Source of the DNA: Phoronis australis
Taxonomy: Eukaryota > Animalia > Phoronida
Assembly (NCBI GenBank): GCA_002633005.1
Contig: NMRA01000039.1
Coordinates: 1,220,335 to 1,284,334 of the forward strand
DNA length: 64,000 nucleotides
Direction: 5' to 3'
Shown piece by piece: positions 12,501 through 22,613 of this stretch. Numbering within the stretch: position 1 is the first letter of the stretch; every line of letters begins with the position of its first letter. The notes beneath the pieces were generated by a model. The model was not told the DNA's origin, made no database searches, and worked only from the letters and a program-made list of their open reading frames with translations. Made by a program: the position numbers and the translations under genes.

Positions 12501-15500
12501 CGGACATGCCCTAGCGCGGTATTCGCGTAAATAATACATTTTTTTTTACTCAAGTGGTTTACTTGAGCACACAGCGTGTCTTACATAGGTTGCTTGCTGT
12601 GGCGTCACTACGTTGTATTTTCCATTAAAGCTACATTTCGCTCCGTTTAGCAGGCTAAAACGAAAATCGAATTGGACCTTTTACTATCATAAAATTGTTC
12701 TCAAAATATTCCTTACCATAGCAGGATTCCATTTTAGGCCATGGGTTGTAGGCCACAGGAGGCCTAGAAAACCACTTCTGTGACCATTTTAGGGGGGCAA
12801 TTTAATTCAGGTGTTTTTGATGTCACAAATCATTATACTTTATGAATCAAAAAAGTTTCCACGTTTAAACTTGCACATTTTTGTGAAATTTGATGTTAAA
12901 ACTGTGCCTATTCAGCAAATTTTACATGGAATTAAAAAAGTTAGAAAAGAAGAAAATTAAGTGTCTATAAAGGATGATACTGTAGATAATATTCCTACAG
13001 GCTGTATTAAGTCATAATAAACACAAATTTTGTTGTGTTTTTCAATTAAAACATAGAATTATGGAAGAAATATGAATTTATGGGTGTCACCTGTTGGTGA
13101 AATAAGGAACTACTATTCATAGTGTTTTATAAAACATAAATGCTGTTTTTACTGTTGGTAAAACTATAATTATCAAACTGTCTATGACTCACTTTTATTT
13201 TATCACATATTTACTAATCTGTCATACAAAAACAATCACTGCTACAAGTCCAAAGCATACAATTTTTCAAAAAATGACGACAAAAAGTATAGAATAGCAA
13301 CAAATGCAATTGGATGAAGTACAAGATGCCGAGAAATTAACAAGAAAAAAAGCCATTACTAGAGATGTAAATATGAAAATCGAAAAATGTTTCACAAATC
13401 ACCAGGCTCACTGGACCAGTTACTAGCCTGGTTTCTGTCACTTGATGAGATGTCTATCCAAGTTCCTCCGGCTGGGATGCAAGTCCATCACACTGTGTCT
13501 CATCATCTGACTCAATTTCATCACTAACTTCGACATTCCCACAGTTTTGGCAATTGCACATTTCAGTGCATTTTAGTCCAGCATTTACAGAAGAACAAAT
13601 GTTTGTTTAACAACAATTCACGCTGATTCCGTTTTGAACTAAGGAATTGTAGAATAGGGTAAATTCTCAGTAATTTCAATTTCAGATTTCTAGTTCGGAC
13701 ACATACATTACAACCTCTTTTGGATAAAGTTTCCTCCAGGAGTGACTTTAACAGAGTCAAATGCAGTATTTCCCCATGCGAGATTATTCGTTGCTCCACA
13801 ACTTCAAAGCAAAACTCTTGAAGTACATCTGAAAATTTCACTATCATTAGATTTCTGTTTTGTCAGTAGTCTTAGGAAGCTTTTGTAGCAAGAACGATGG
13901 TATTTGACTTCGAGTGCTACCAGATCTCTTCCCTGTACTATGATCAAAAGGTCCATGCCATTTCCTGCCATGGCAGCATCCAAAAACAACCCACCTAAAA
14001 CCAAGCAAATTAAAAATAAAAACCGTTGTCAGAGTTTAAAAATATGGAAAGCATTGTAGGCCTGTCCTACAAAATGATAGATGTTGACATGTACTCAAGT
14101 CTTTATTACAAGAACTGAATGGAAGTAAAAAGAATGATCAAAAGACAGATAGTAAACACTCAAAATAAGACATGCATATACACAGCCTAACATTTTGTGC
14201 TCAAAAGTGAAAAAGATACCTATGGGCTTGTATGCAAAATGGTCTTGAAAACAAATTTTTGTTTGAAAGTTAACAGTGGTGGATTTAGAGGGGGGCCAAG
14301 GGGGCCATGGCCCCCCTAAGATTCTCCCAGATTCCATTTGGCAGTTCCTGAGTGCGAATGTCTGACCGGCAAAATCCTGGCTAATACACAGCCCTAGCCC
14401 TCCATAACTGAAAATCCTGGATCCGCCCCTCGTTAACATATAATTTCAGATATGCACACAAGTCTTTACAACCATGCAAGTATTCTAAATTGTGGTTTAT
14501 TCACTCAAATAAATTTTGTTATTTCAAAAAACACATAACAGTAAAACTTTTGAATATAGTGTTCCAACAACACTGTAAAAAATTACTTTGAAAGCAAACC
14601 AACAGCAAACTATGTTGAATGAGTAAAAACTCAATAAAAATGACTGTTCTCAAAATATTTGTTATGTGCTTTGTTACTCTTCAACCATATGTGTGAAGCT
14701 GCACCTACATATGAAATTCAGGCACCTGTGCGCCTTTTAGCAAAACCTGAGAGTAAAAGTAGCTAGAAAATGTTAAAGGTGATGCTCCAGATATAGATGC
14801 ATTCTGTAGTCAATGATTACATTATAGTATAACTAGTTAAACTAAAACGACGAGCGTCGGTAATAAAATATATTAAAATATCCCCACGTTTTGAGTGATG
14901 CCCTCTTTGTCAAGGGTGTGCTATGGACTATTTTATATTGTTATTCATGGGTAACCGCACGGCATTCCAACATCTATTTGATTTCAATAATGACATTGAT
15001 GGCAAATCACCTGGGCCCAGGGTGTAATCTCCAAACTCAGACTCAAAGCCTAACTATCCACAGTTCACAATTCAAGTGAATTTACTAGAATTGTGGAATG
15101 CAATTGGTCAGTTTTCGAGCTGACCTTCGAGTATGGAGATTACCTCTCCCCCATCCCTGGACATTACAAAAATATAATTTTGATAGATATCTTACACCAT
15201 GCCCAGATTTATGGTTACTGAGAAAATAACAATGTACACTGCAGAAAATGGTCATCTTGTTATTAGATTATGTGCCCTACCTGCATTTGAATGCCATCAC
15301 ACGGCCGAATATTCAGTGAATTATGTGGATGATCCATCCAAACACAAGCAGGCTAGACACAGAATCCAGGGAACACAGTCTTTTTACCAGTTGTACATAT
15401 GAGGGCTTTCCAGTCAGTTCGTACTTTAGCCAACTCGCACCCAAGTCAACTAGTACCCGTGCTAAAAACATTACTAATAAATTTTCATTTTCATTCACTA

Positions 15501-18500
15501 AATAACAGGTAATATTGAGTCGTTTGGCATAAATATGACACGATTGATTGATTTTAATCACTGCTTTGCCAAGTTACATAGTTTTGAAATACTTTTGAAA
15601 TTTGACTTGGGTACGTGTTGATTTGGGTATGAAGTGACCTGTTTCCTACTGTGGCACTTACTCAGTGACTTGCATCAATTTATCATACTCCCACGAAAAA
15701 TTTAACACTCACCAACATCTTGGTCGTAATCAGGGGTTCTATTCTCGGCATACTTAAGAGTTTCGCAATCTTTCCTTTTCGCTCTTTCAATTTTTGTAAC
15801 GCAAGTAAGATTGTATAACATGTTTTGTGATACTATACTACTGCCTGAAACCCACGACCACGCCAATCCCTGAAGTTACTGGGCACGTGCGCTATTTTCT
15901 AACGACCAATTTTAGGATTGGCCAACCCCAATTAACTCTGAGGCGTTTTCAGGAGTCCAGGCCCGTAGCCAGCATTGCGCGAGGGGTGGCTCGAATTTCT
16001 AGAAAGGTGGAACTTTTGCAAACGTCGACACTCGAGATTTCGTTAAGGCGCTTGACGCAGCTTAATTATGGGGAAGGGGAATCTGTATCCACGGCAACGA
16101 TGACTCTCAGCTCTATGTTCCTGAGATAAGACGGAATTTGTAATACCAGAAATGAGGATGTTGCTCACCAAAAAGGGAATAAAATTCGGACGTAATGTGA
16201 TCAATAAATATAGCCTAATGTTCCCGCGTTACCTCATGCCAAACTTTCAAATCGGGCTTTTTTAAATGAGTAATTACACCTCATTGCACACACTGACGGG
16301 AATATTTAGTCGGAGAATGATTTGACGTAATTTTTCATCTGATTGTATTTTTGTTACACCGCTGGAAATGAGAACAGTCCATTATTGCGAAGGTTCGCTA
16401 CTTCGAAAATGTCTAAAATTTCTGACTCAGGTGTAACTGTTGTACTTTTACATGCAAAAATGAACGACACTTCGGTTATTATATGCAACTATACCAACAA
16501 CAATACACCCGGTTAATAAATCACTTTGTTTGGATTTCATGTGCGCGTGAAATTGTCCGCATGTCTTACGAATACGGAAAAATGAGCACGTACTTGCATT
16601 TCTAAAAGAATATGAAGTAGGAATGTTGATGAATTATCAACCATGATACATTCATCAATCCCATGTCAAGATCGCATCATCTTACATCGCGACAGAAAAG
16701 TTTAGGGTCGCTGCGCTTCAACCTCACCCACCGGAACTACTCCTACGGCCGGATCGAAACTAAATGTAGTTAGTAGGGTACCCTGTCCACTGCCAGTCTT
16801 CACGAAGTCTCATTCAGTCTTATAAAATTTAAAACCGCCATTGGTCGCCGCATCCCAGACCTGAGGAATCACTGACGATTGCCAGTGATTGGAACTGCGC
16901 TCGTTTGTGAACAATGTGTATCAATCTTTTCGAGACTATTCAACTCTTGCACACCCTTTAAATGGTTACTAATGGACACAAATACAATAATCATTCATTT
17001 TCATTTCTGAATCATTAGTAGAAAATCAGAGTGAATGAACTGTCGGAGTCCTGGTTGCGGAATTGTGGACATTCGAAGTGGTGAACTTTCGAAGGTAGCG
17101 AACCTTCGGAGTAGCGAACCTTCTGACATGTACATATAGCCTTGGAAATCTTTTCCATCAAAATTGTAGCTCGAATGAATTATGCGAGGCTGTGCACCAT
17201 TGACATTGATTTACAAGAGAAGACTTTCTTCATTGACCAAAATTTTAATTAGGTCTAAACTTACCTAATAATGTGCGACATGCGCGCACCCAGCCTTAAA
17301 CAGTACACACCATGGATTTTTCTACATTCTGAATTTATTGGTGGCCACACACTAAATGTATGACGTAAAATTTAGCTAAATCCATGTTTATTTTGTGTAA
17401 TCAGCTCGAAATTTTGATTTTTCTTTCAATTTTGCCAATTTTCACATTTCCCGCCATGTGACGTCATGGGTTGAACAAAAGAGATCAGTGACAAGCATTG
17501 AACAATGGCGGAGAGTAGGAAATTTGAAAGCGACGACGATTATGAGCAAGAATTGAAAGAATACTATGAAAAAACGTATGGGAATGGTGGCCAGGATGAG
17601 GAAATGGGGTTGAACGAAAGCGAGAACGAGTTTGATGTGCTTCCGGCTGCGTACTTTTCTACTTTGAGGCCTTACAAACGGGATCCTCCCGCGAGAGAAG
17701 CGTTCTCGGGCTCGGCCAGTCAACCCAGTCATCCAACGGACGATCCTGAATAAAGAGCTGATGTTTCTGAATGGTAAATACCGGTATTGTCCTTTATTGA
17801 ACCACCGTAACGTCTCCTCTGACTGGAGTCGAAACACGAGTCCTCAGAAGGCAGCCCCGGACCGAATCGCTTGGTCTACGCTGAGGTCCCACACTCTCGT
17901 TCGGCGCAAGAAGCGATGCCACTTCTGCGCAACTTTGGCGTACTTCAGAACACCAAGATGTTCTCCGTCTGGCTGCTGTTGCTGCAGCCTGCGCAAACAC
18001 ATCTTTTCATCCCTCTCGACGCTAAATATACTTTGCTTTCACTTCACTCTGTACGGAAACGCACACACGTGTACACGCATGCATGTCAATACACCAATCC
18101 ACAATCAAAGTGGACACTTAATGATTAAAATATTTGGCGATCACTTTCAATTCGAAATTTGAAAATGCCTGCACTTATAACCCATTTCTGCTCTACTTCG
18201 GGGGAACTCTCTCGATACTATTATAGTTTGGGCTAGGCCTAGACATTTACTTCTATATTTTCTTGTTACCCTATGATGTAGAAACCACGCGCTTTCAATA
18301 ACATAAAGCCTCCTCTAATCGTTATCTACGCAGTCACCACTCGGACCGGTTACGACCCGATGATTATGTGAAGTGCTTAACATCAGAAGTAAATTCAAAA
18401 TTAATATTAACTTGGTTATGATTGTGGTTAGTAGAACTAGTAGCTACAAAAAATTGTAGTCCATCTAGTAAATCCTATCTTATCGTATCGGATAGGCTGG

Positions 18501-19608
18501 GGCTGGACCTTTTCGATCGAACCCCCCTGGCTACGGGCCTGGAGTCGATGATAAATGATTTCGCGGTAAGAAACATTTTGAGACCGATTTCTGGATTTTA
18601 TGAGAGTAAGAAGACCAATTTGACTTTCGTTTTTATAACCAAACTGAACATGGCGAATGAAACTTTTAATATTTAATGTTAGATTGATGAGTTCATGCCT
18701 GCCAAGCATAAAAATTTCAATAGAACTAAGTCAAGATGCACTTGTGCTATTCTAAAAAAATGCTTTGGTTTTCGGGCGTGTTTTGTCATTTTTTTGAAAT
18801 TGCCGCACCTGTGAGCTAATCAAATCAAAATCAGTCCCACTGATGCAATGACCGAATCAACTGCCAGTCTATTGACTAGTCAGTTCGCAATTCACACTTT
18901 CATTTGAAATGCATGTAGTGCTGTTAACAGAATAAATACAAGTTCTCGACAGGTAGTCGTTTAATTCGATTTATCACAAGCTAGCGGTGGAGCAGACCAC
19001 GCACAGGGAAGGCACTTGGCGTCAGGTGCATATCGACTGATACATTATTTTTCAGACCTAGTCATAATAATTAAAGGCTGCGACTGTCGATGAGATAACA
19101 TGTCTCTCTGCATCATAACATGAACGCAATGCTGGCTTTTGAAAAAAGTTTAAAAAACTGAACCTTACTACAAATGATGCGGGCTGGTATTTATTTTTGA
19201 AAGAGTGAAACGCAGGTTTCAAAAATGACAAAAATGCAAGGAAAACCCGATTTGAGTCTTAACGCCAGCGAATACCTATATGTGAGTTTTGACTTGCACT
19301 AGTTTTTTTCGGTTCTAATATCACGACAAATCGTCTGCACTCAATGTTCGTCACAGTTGGAAGAAATGCGAGAGGGAAGGAAAAAGGTAGGAGCGATGGA
19401 GAGAACTGTATACTCCACGTAAGCTAAAATAGGTCAATATAGTCATACTTGTGTGTTTTGTTTCAGCTTTCAATTCCCTCATCGATGCTGTAATGGCGTT
19501 CGCTGTTCTCATAAGCGCCACTGTGTACGCAGAAAACCAAAAAATCTGGTACTTGGACCCCATTGTTGGAATTTGTTGTGCCCTGTTCTTTCTTATTTAC
19601 GGCATTAG
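6548..19608 (+). CDS. TMEM163: Transmembrane protein 163-like (cation diffusion facilitator / Zn transporter family), multi-exon, last exon unresolved
   Basis: Phase-consistent GT-AG exons 6548-6620, 6840-6965, 7552-7595, 9707-9801, 11183-11279, 12223-12334, 19467-19608. They translate to ...YRQVAIVISSISVVVTIVMGVTSF|VLGLLSESVATFGFA|CGAVLDSLTSSVVIWRYW...RERQ|ACISLGILF...VKSI...|...KYWLGTKLHSSAVKTD|AFNSLIDAVMAFAVLISATVY...WYLDPIVG...YGI, which matches TMEM163 motifs as recalled (AFGFA, LDxxSSxIVxWRY, ACxxLG, TDxFNS, WYLD). Possible 5' UTR exon ends at 5627; terminal exon probably near 19972-20104. Confidence 0.9.
7725..7865. mobile_element. ~140-bp MITE (TIR CGTTCAGTAACGCTAGGACCT)
   Basis: ~21-bp terminal inverted repeat; near-identical copies at 56223-56365 and 56366-56508. 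Confidence 0.8.
8894..8955. other. Perfect 24-bp-stem hairpin in TMEM163 intron 3
   Basis: TTTATCGCAGTGAGCCTCGCTTTG-(14 nt)-CAAAGCGAGGCTCACTGCGATAAA. Confidence 0.85.
9247..9405 (+). mobile_element. ~160-bp MITE family A (CAGGGGCGGAT-type TIR, 5-bp TSD ATTCA)
   Basis: Inverted termini; ATTCA flanks both ends; multiple copies in the window. Confidence 0.85.
10605..10929. mobile_element. Long-TIR foldback MITE (CAGGGGGTG...CACCCCCTG)
   Basis: About 110 bp of imperfect inverted arms, e.g. GCACCCTTAC/GTAAGGGTGC and GAACCTGAGCTCCAGCCAC/GTGGTTGGAGTTCAGGTTC. Confidence 0.75.
11806..11981. mobile_element. MITE with family-A termini and a different core
   Basis: CAGGGGCGGAT...ATCCGCCCCTG; flanks AAAGA/AAATA. 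Confidence 0.7.
13490..14000 (-). mobile_element. Internally deleted Academ-like DNA transposon coding remnant (TMEM163 intron 6)
   Basis: The N-terminal motif DLVALEVKYHRSCYKSF and downstream frameshifted coding sequence are joined directly to a C-terminal Cys cluster C*TNICSSVNAGLKCTEMCNCQNCGN with an acidic tail. Stops and frameshifts present; termini not identified. Confidence 0.6.
14274..14431 (+). mobile_element. MITE family A, TSD GTTAA
   Basis: Same core as 9247; GTTAA duplicated on both sides. Confidence 0.85.
15410..15647. mobile_element. Small foldback MITE (GTCAACTCGTACCC-type repeats)
   Basis: CCCAAGTCAACT.GTACCC on the left versus TTGACTTGGGTAC / TTGGGTATGAAGTGAC on the right. 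Confidence 0.55.
16389..17123. mobile_element. Nested element with GAAGGTTCGCTACT inverted ends
   Basis: 14-bp inverted repeat plus reiterated TTCGGAGTAGCGAACC; related repeats at 63515-63670. Confidence 0.6.
17505..17774 (+). pseudogene. 5' exon remnant of a P2X7 C-terminal-domain-like (KolobokP accessory-type) gene
   Basis: Acidic N-terminus, LRPYKRDPP (cf. PYxxEP), then *RADVSEW followed by a GTAAAT donor where WCxCG is expected; one in-frame stop. Confidence 0.5.
17800..18010 (-). pseudogene. Frameshifted THAP zinc-finger (N-terminus of a Kolobok-type transposase)
   Basis: MKRCVCAGCSNS...F / KVAQKWHRFLRRTRVW...I / EDSCFD follows the THAP pattern CxxxxCxN...W...F across two frameshifts. 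Confidence 0.6.
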
Positions 19609-21805
19609 GTAGGTTCCGGAAATCTTCGAGAAGTCTAGAATCTAACGATTAGCGATTCAGTGTGGACGTGACAAAATTCCTCGTGTTAACTTCAGCTACA
19701 ACACTTCCGTTTTTGGGAGACTCGTGACTGTAAACTTTATGCACTTCGACATTTTGCGATGGTGCGCACGCTTTGAAGTTTAAAATGAACAATCAGCGTA
19801 ATTGGTGTTCTCATGAAAAGTAAACTATTGTCAGAAAGTTGGTATTCAGATAATTACGCTCCCTACAACTATTTCCGAAAAATAATCAAATCTCACTTGA
19901 GCGAAATTGAGTCTCCGAAAATATACACTGAACTGCTACTTACTAAAACACTTTCTACACATTATTTCTAGACTGTGACGCACTCATAGTTACTTGGATA
20001 AATCTTTATTCAACAATTGGGAAGAGGGAGCATACGGCAACATTTCTGAGTTAAGTCTTCATGAAAGAGACCCCAGAACAATAATTAAACAGCCCGACCA
20101 ATAGTCTTAGTTGGTAAGGAAATCATTTCGATTGTTTTTTGATAAAACAGAAATTCGCCCTGCTTACTTGGGTAGAAAACGGAAATCGGGTGAAGTCTTC
20201 ATGACATAAAATCGGTCCCATAATACCCTAAAAATCAAGTTTTGACTGCTGTTGTGCGAGGGTAACCGTTTTTCTTCACTCAGGAATCCCACCTGCGTTC
20301 TTTCCAGTAAAATAAGGTTGTCTTTTCATGACTGCAACTCTTTTCTCACGCCGCGCTGCATTTCCGTCAATGCAGCCTTTTTCGTCGACGGGTTTCTGAT
20401 TTCATGACGACTCTACAATTCTTATAACGAAATCCGACAGGGCTAAAGTGTGTCAAAACTGAAGGGACACGAGGCCTGTATACTACAGCAATAATGAACA
20501 ACCGCAATTCACGGGCCGGTTTAGGCAGTAGACCGACTACCTTCCGTTGAAAAGCTTTCAAAAACCTTCATTTTGTCAAAAGCACTCGTATAAGTTAAGT
20601 CAATTTCGTGAAGGAAACTAGAAGAAAATCACCTTCAAATCAAGTAAAACTTCTGAATCATTACTCCCAAATTTAGTGACTGAGGACAACAGTCATTTTT
20701 TTTCAAAACTACCCGCAACAACAGTAGCTTTCTATTTGTGTGGGGTAGTGAATTTTCCTTCAAGGGGAATTTCTGCACCCTTATTGAGGAAAATTTCATG
20801 GGATTTGAAAATATTTCTGTGGGAATGACACACGGTTTCAGCCGCAAAATCGAATAATTAGCACTATAATTGCGACTCTGTTTGCGTTGGCCAGCGCCCA
20901 ACGAAATCTTCTAACATCATGGACCCACGACGTCTTGCGCGCCTGGGCTGTGTACACTACACCCCAACAACTAAACACGTAATTTATGAACAAAAATGAG
21001 ATTACTAGCAGGACACCGACAACTCCAAAATGGATTATTTTAAATTTTCAGATTGCTAATAGCATACGTGCCGCAGAAATTACCACCCGCAGAGGAAGCC
21101 GAATAACCCGTCGGGACCGGTACGTGATGACCTCTATTGGATGATGTAGTCAGCACAAAGCAATACACTGTTTTCGTTAAAATTGACTTGTTTATTGTAT
21201 TACTCATGTTATTAAATTGATCAAAAGTTCAGAAACTACTGTTACTGGTTTGTTCACAAAATATATCTGATATTTCTTTACAGCACTATTTTGCACAAAG
21301 AACTTAAAACAAACAAATGATGCATTTTTTTCTGACAGCTGTCAGTAAAGATCTCGCGACATGGGGTGAGAGACGAAATTCCTAGGAACACAGATCATAA
21401 TTTCTATTTTTACATATCAATTATTCATTTTCATCAACAGAAAAAGACAAGGTATCACTACACTAAAGCATAATTTACAAGATTTATCCAAAACCTTTGT
21501 TGAGATGCTTCAACTCACTCAAGTCAAATATCACTTGTCAGTCCGCATATGAACAACATCCGATGAAACACAATCCATAGTACCACAATCCATTCACATA
21601 CAACACACAAAAGTAATATTCACCGGCTGTGGATCATCACCTTTATAATGCAACTTTTAAGAAAAACTACCACACACCTACACTTACAGTGTTCTCAACA
21701 ACTGAAAATCCAAACCTGTTGGAAGTGCGCAAATGGTAACAATCATGGCATAGGATACACACAGCAGCTAAAATTTTCAACAGTGCAAATGAAGTTGGTC
21801 TTGTA

Positions 21806-22163
21806 TTAACTTAAATGCACATTTATCCACTTTGCTGCATGATGTACGGCGTTGTTGAGGCTCATAGACATTGTTAGCTACAAAAACGTCTTTTTTAACT
21901 TAAATGCACATTTATCCACTTTGCTGCATGAAGTACGGCGTTGTTGAGGCTTATAGACATTGTTAGCTACAAAAACGTCTTTTTTAACTTAAATGCACAT
22001 TTATCCACTTTGCTGCATGATGTACGGCGTTGTTGAGGCTCATAGACATTGTTAGCTACAAAAACGTCTTTTTTAACTTAAATGCACATTTATCCACTTT
22101 GCTGCATGATGTACGGCGTTGTTGAGGCTCATAGACATTGTTAGCTACAAAAACGTCTTTTTT
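21806..22163. repeat. Tandem repeat, 4 x 89 bp, nearly identical
   Basis: Unit AACTTAAATGCACATTTATCCACTTTGCTGCATG...AAAAACGTCTTTTTT starts at 21808, 21897, 21986 and 22075. Confidence 0.95.
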
Positions 22164-22613
22164 CCAGACTGGTCGGTCTTTTTTCAAACAAACCTTTAAA
22201 ATGTGCCAGAAGTGCACCGACATGGCCAGAGCATTTTCATAAGAAATAAACCCTGAAAGTGACCAATAGAAGTGAAGCATTATATATGAATACAGAAAAA
22301 CTGGCTTCAGTTTGATCCAAGGAGACCGAGAGGCTTTACCCGTGTATTGAGTACTCCCGACTTGTCCCAAGGGCTGAGTGCATGAACTGAAACAGCTGCA
22401 AGGCAGAACTTTTTGTTCGTATTCAGCGAAGATCCAGTTGTGCACCTCCGTGGTTCACTGCATGACAACTTTTCAAGCAATGCCTCTGTATGTCAAGACA
22501 AGACAGTATGTTTCCCCCATTGCATGTTTTCAAGTATAGCTCAAGAAATAACTCAGAACATGACCGTCTATACCTGCATCCCAACAACCCCTCCATCTGG
22601 GAAAGATGTCGCG

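Larger units (their letters stand above)
15958..18541. mobile_element. 2.6-kb composite non-autonomous DNA transposon, 15-bp TIR, 5-bp TSD GAGTC
   Basis: GAGTC|CAGGCCCGTAGCCAG ... CTGGCTACGGGCCTG|GAGTC: perfect TIR and TSD. Confidence 0.85.

Noticed and set aside
21806-22163. CRISPR-like array
   Set aside because: The units are contiguous near-identical 89-mers with no unique spacers and no cas genes, in a eukaryotic context.
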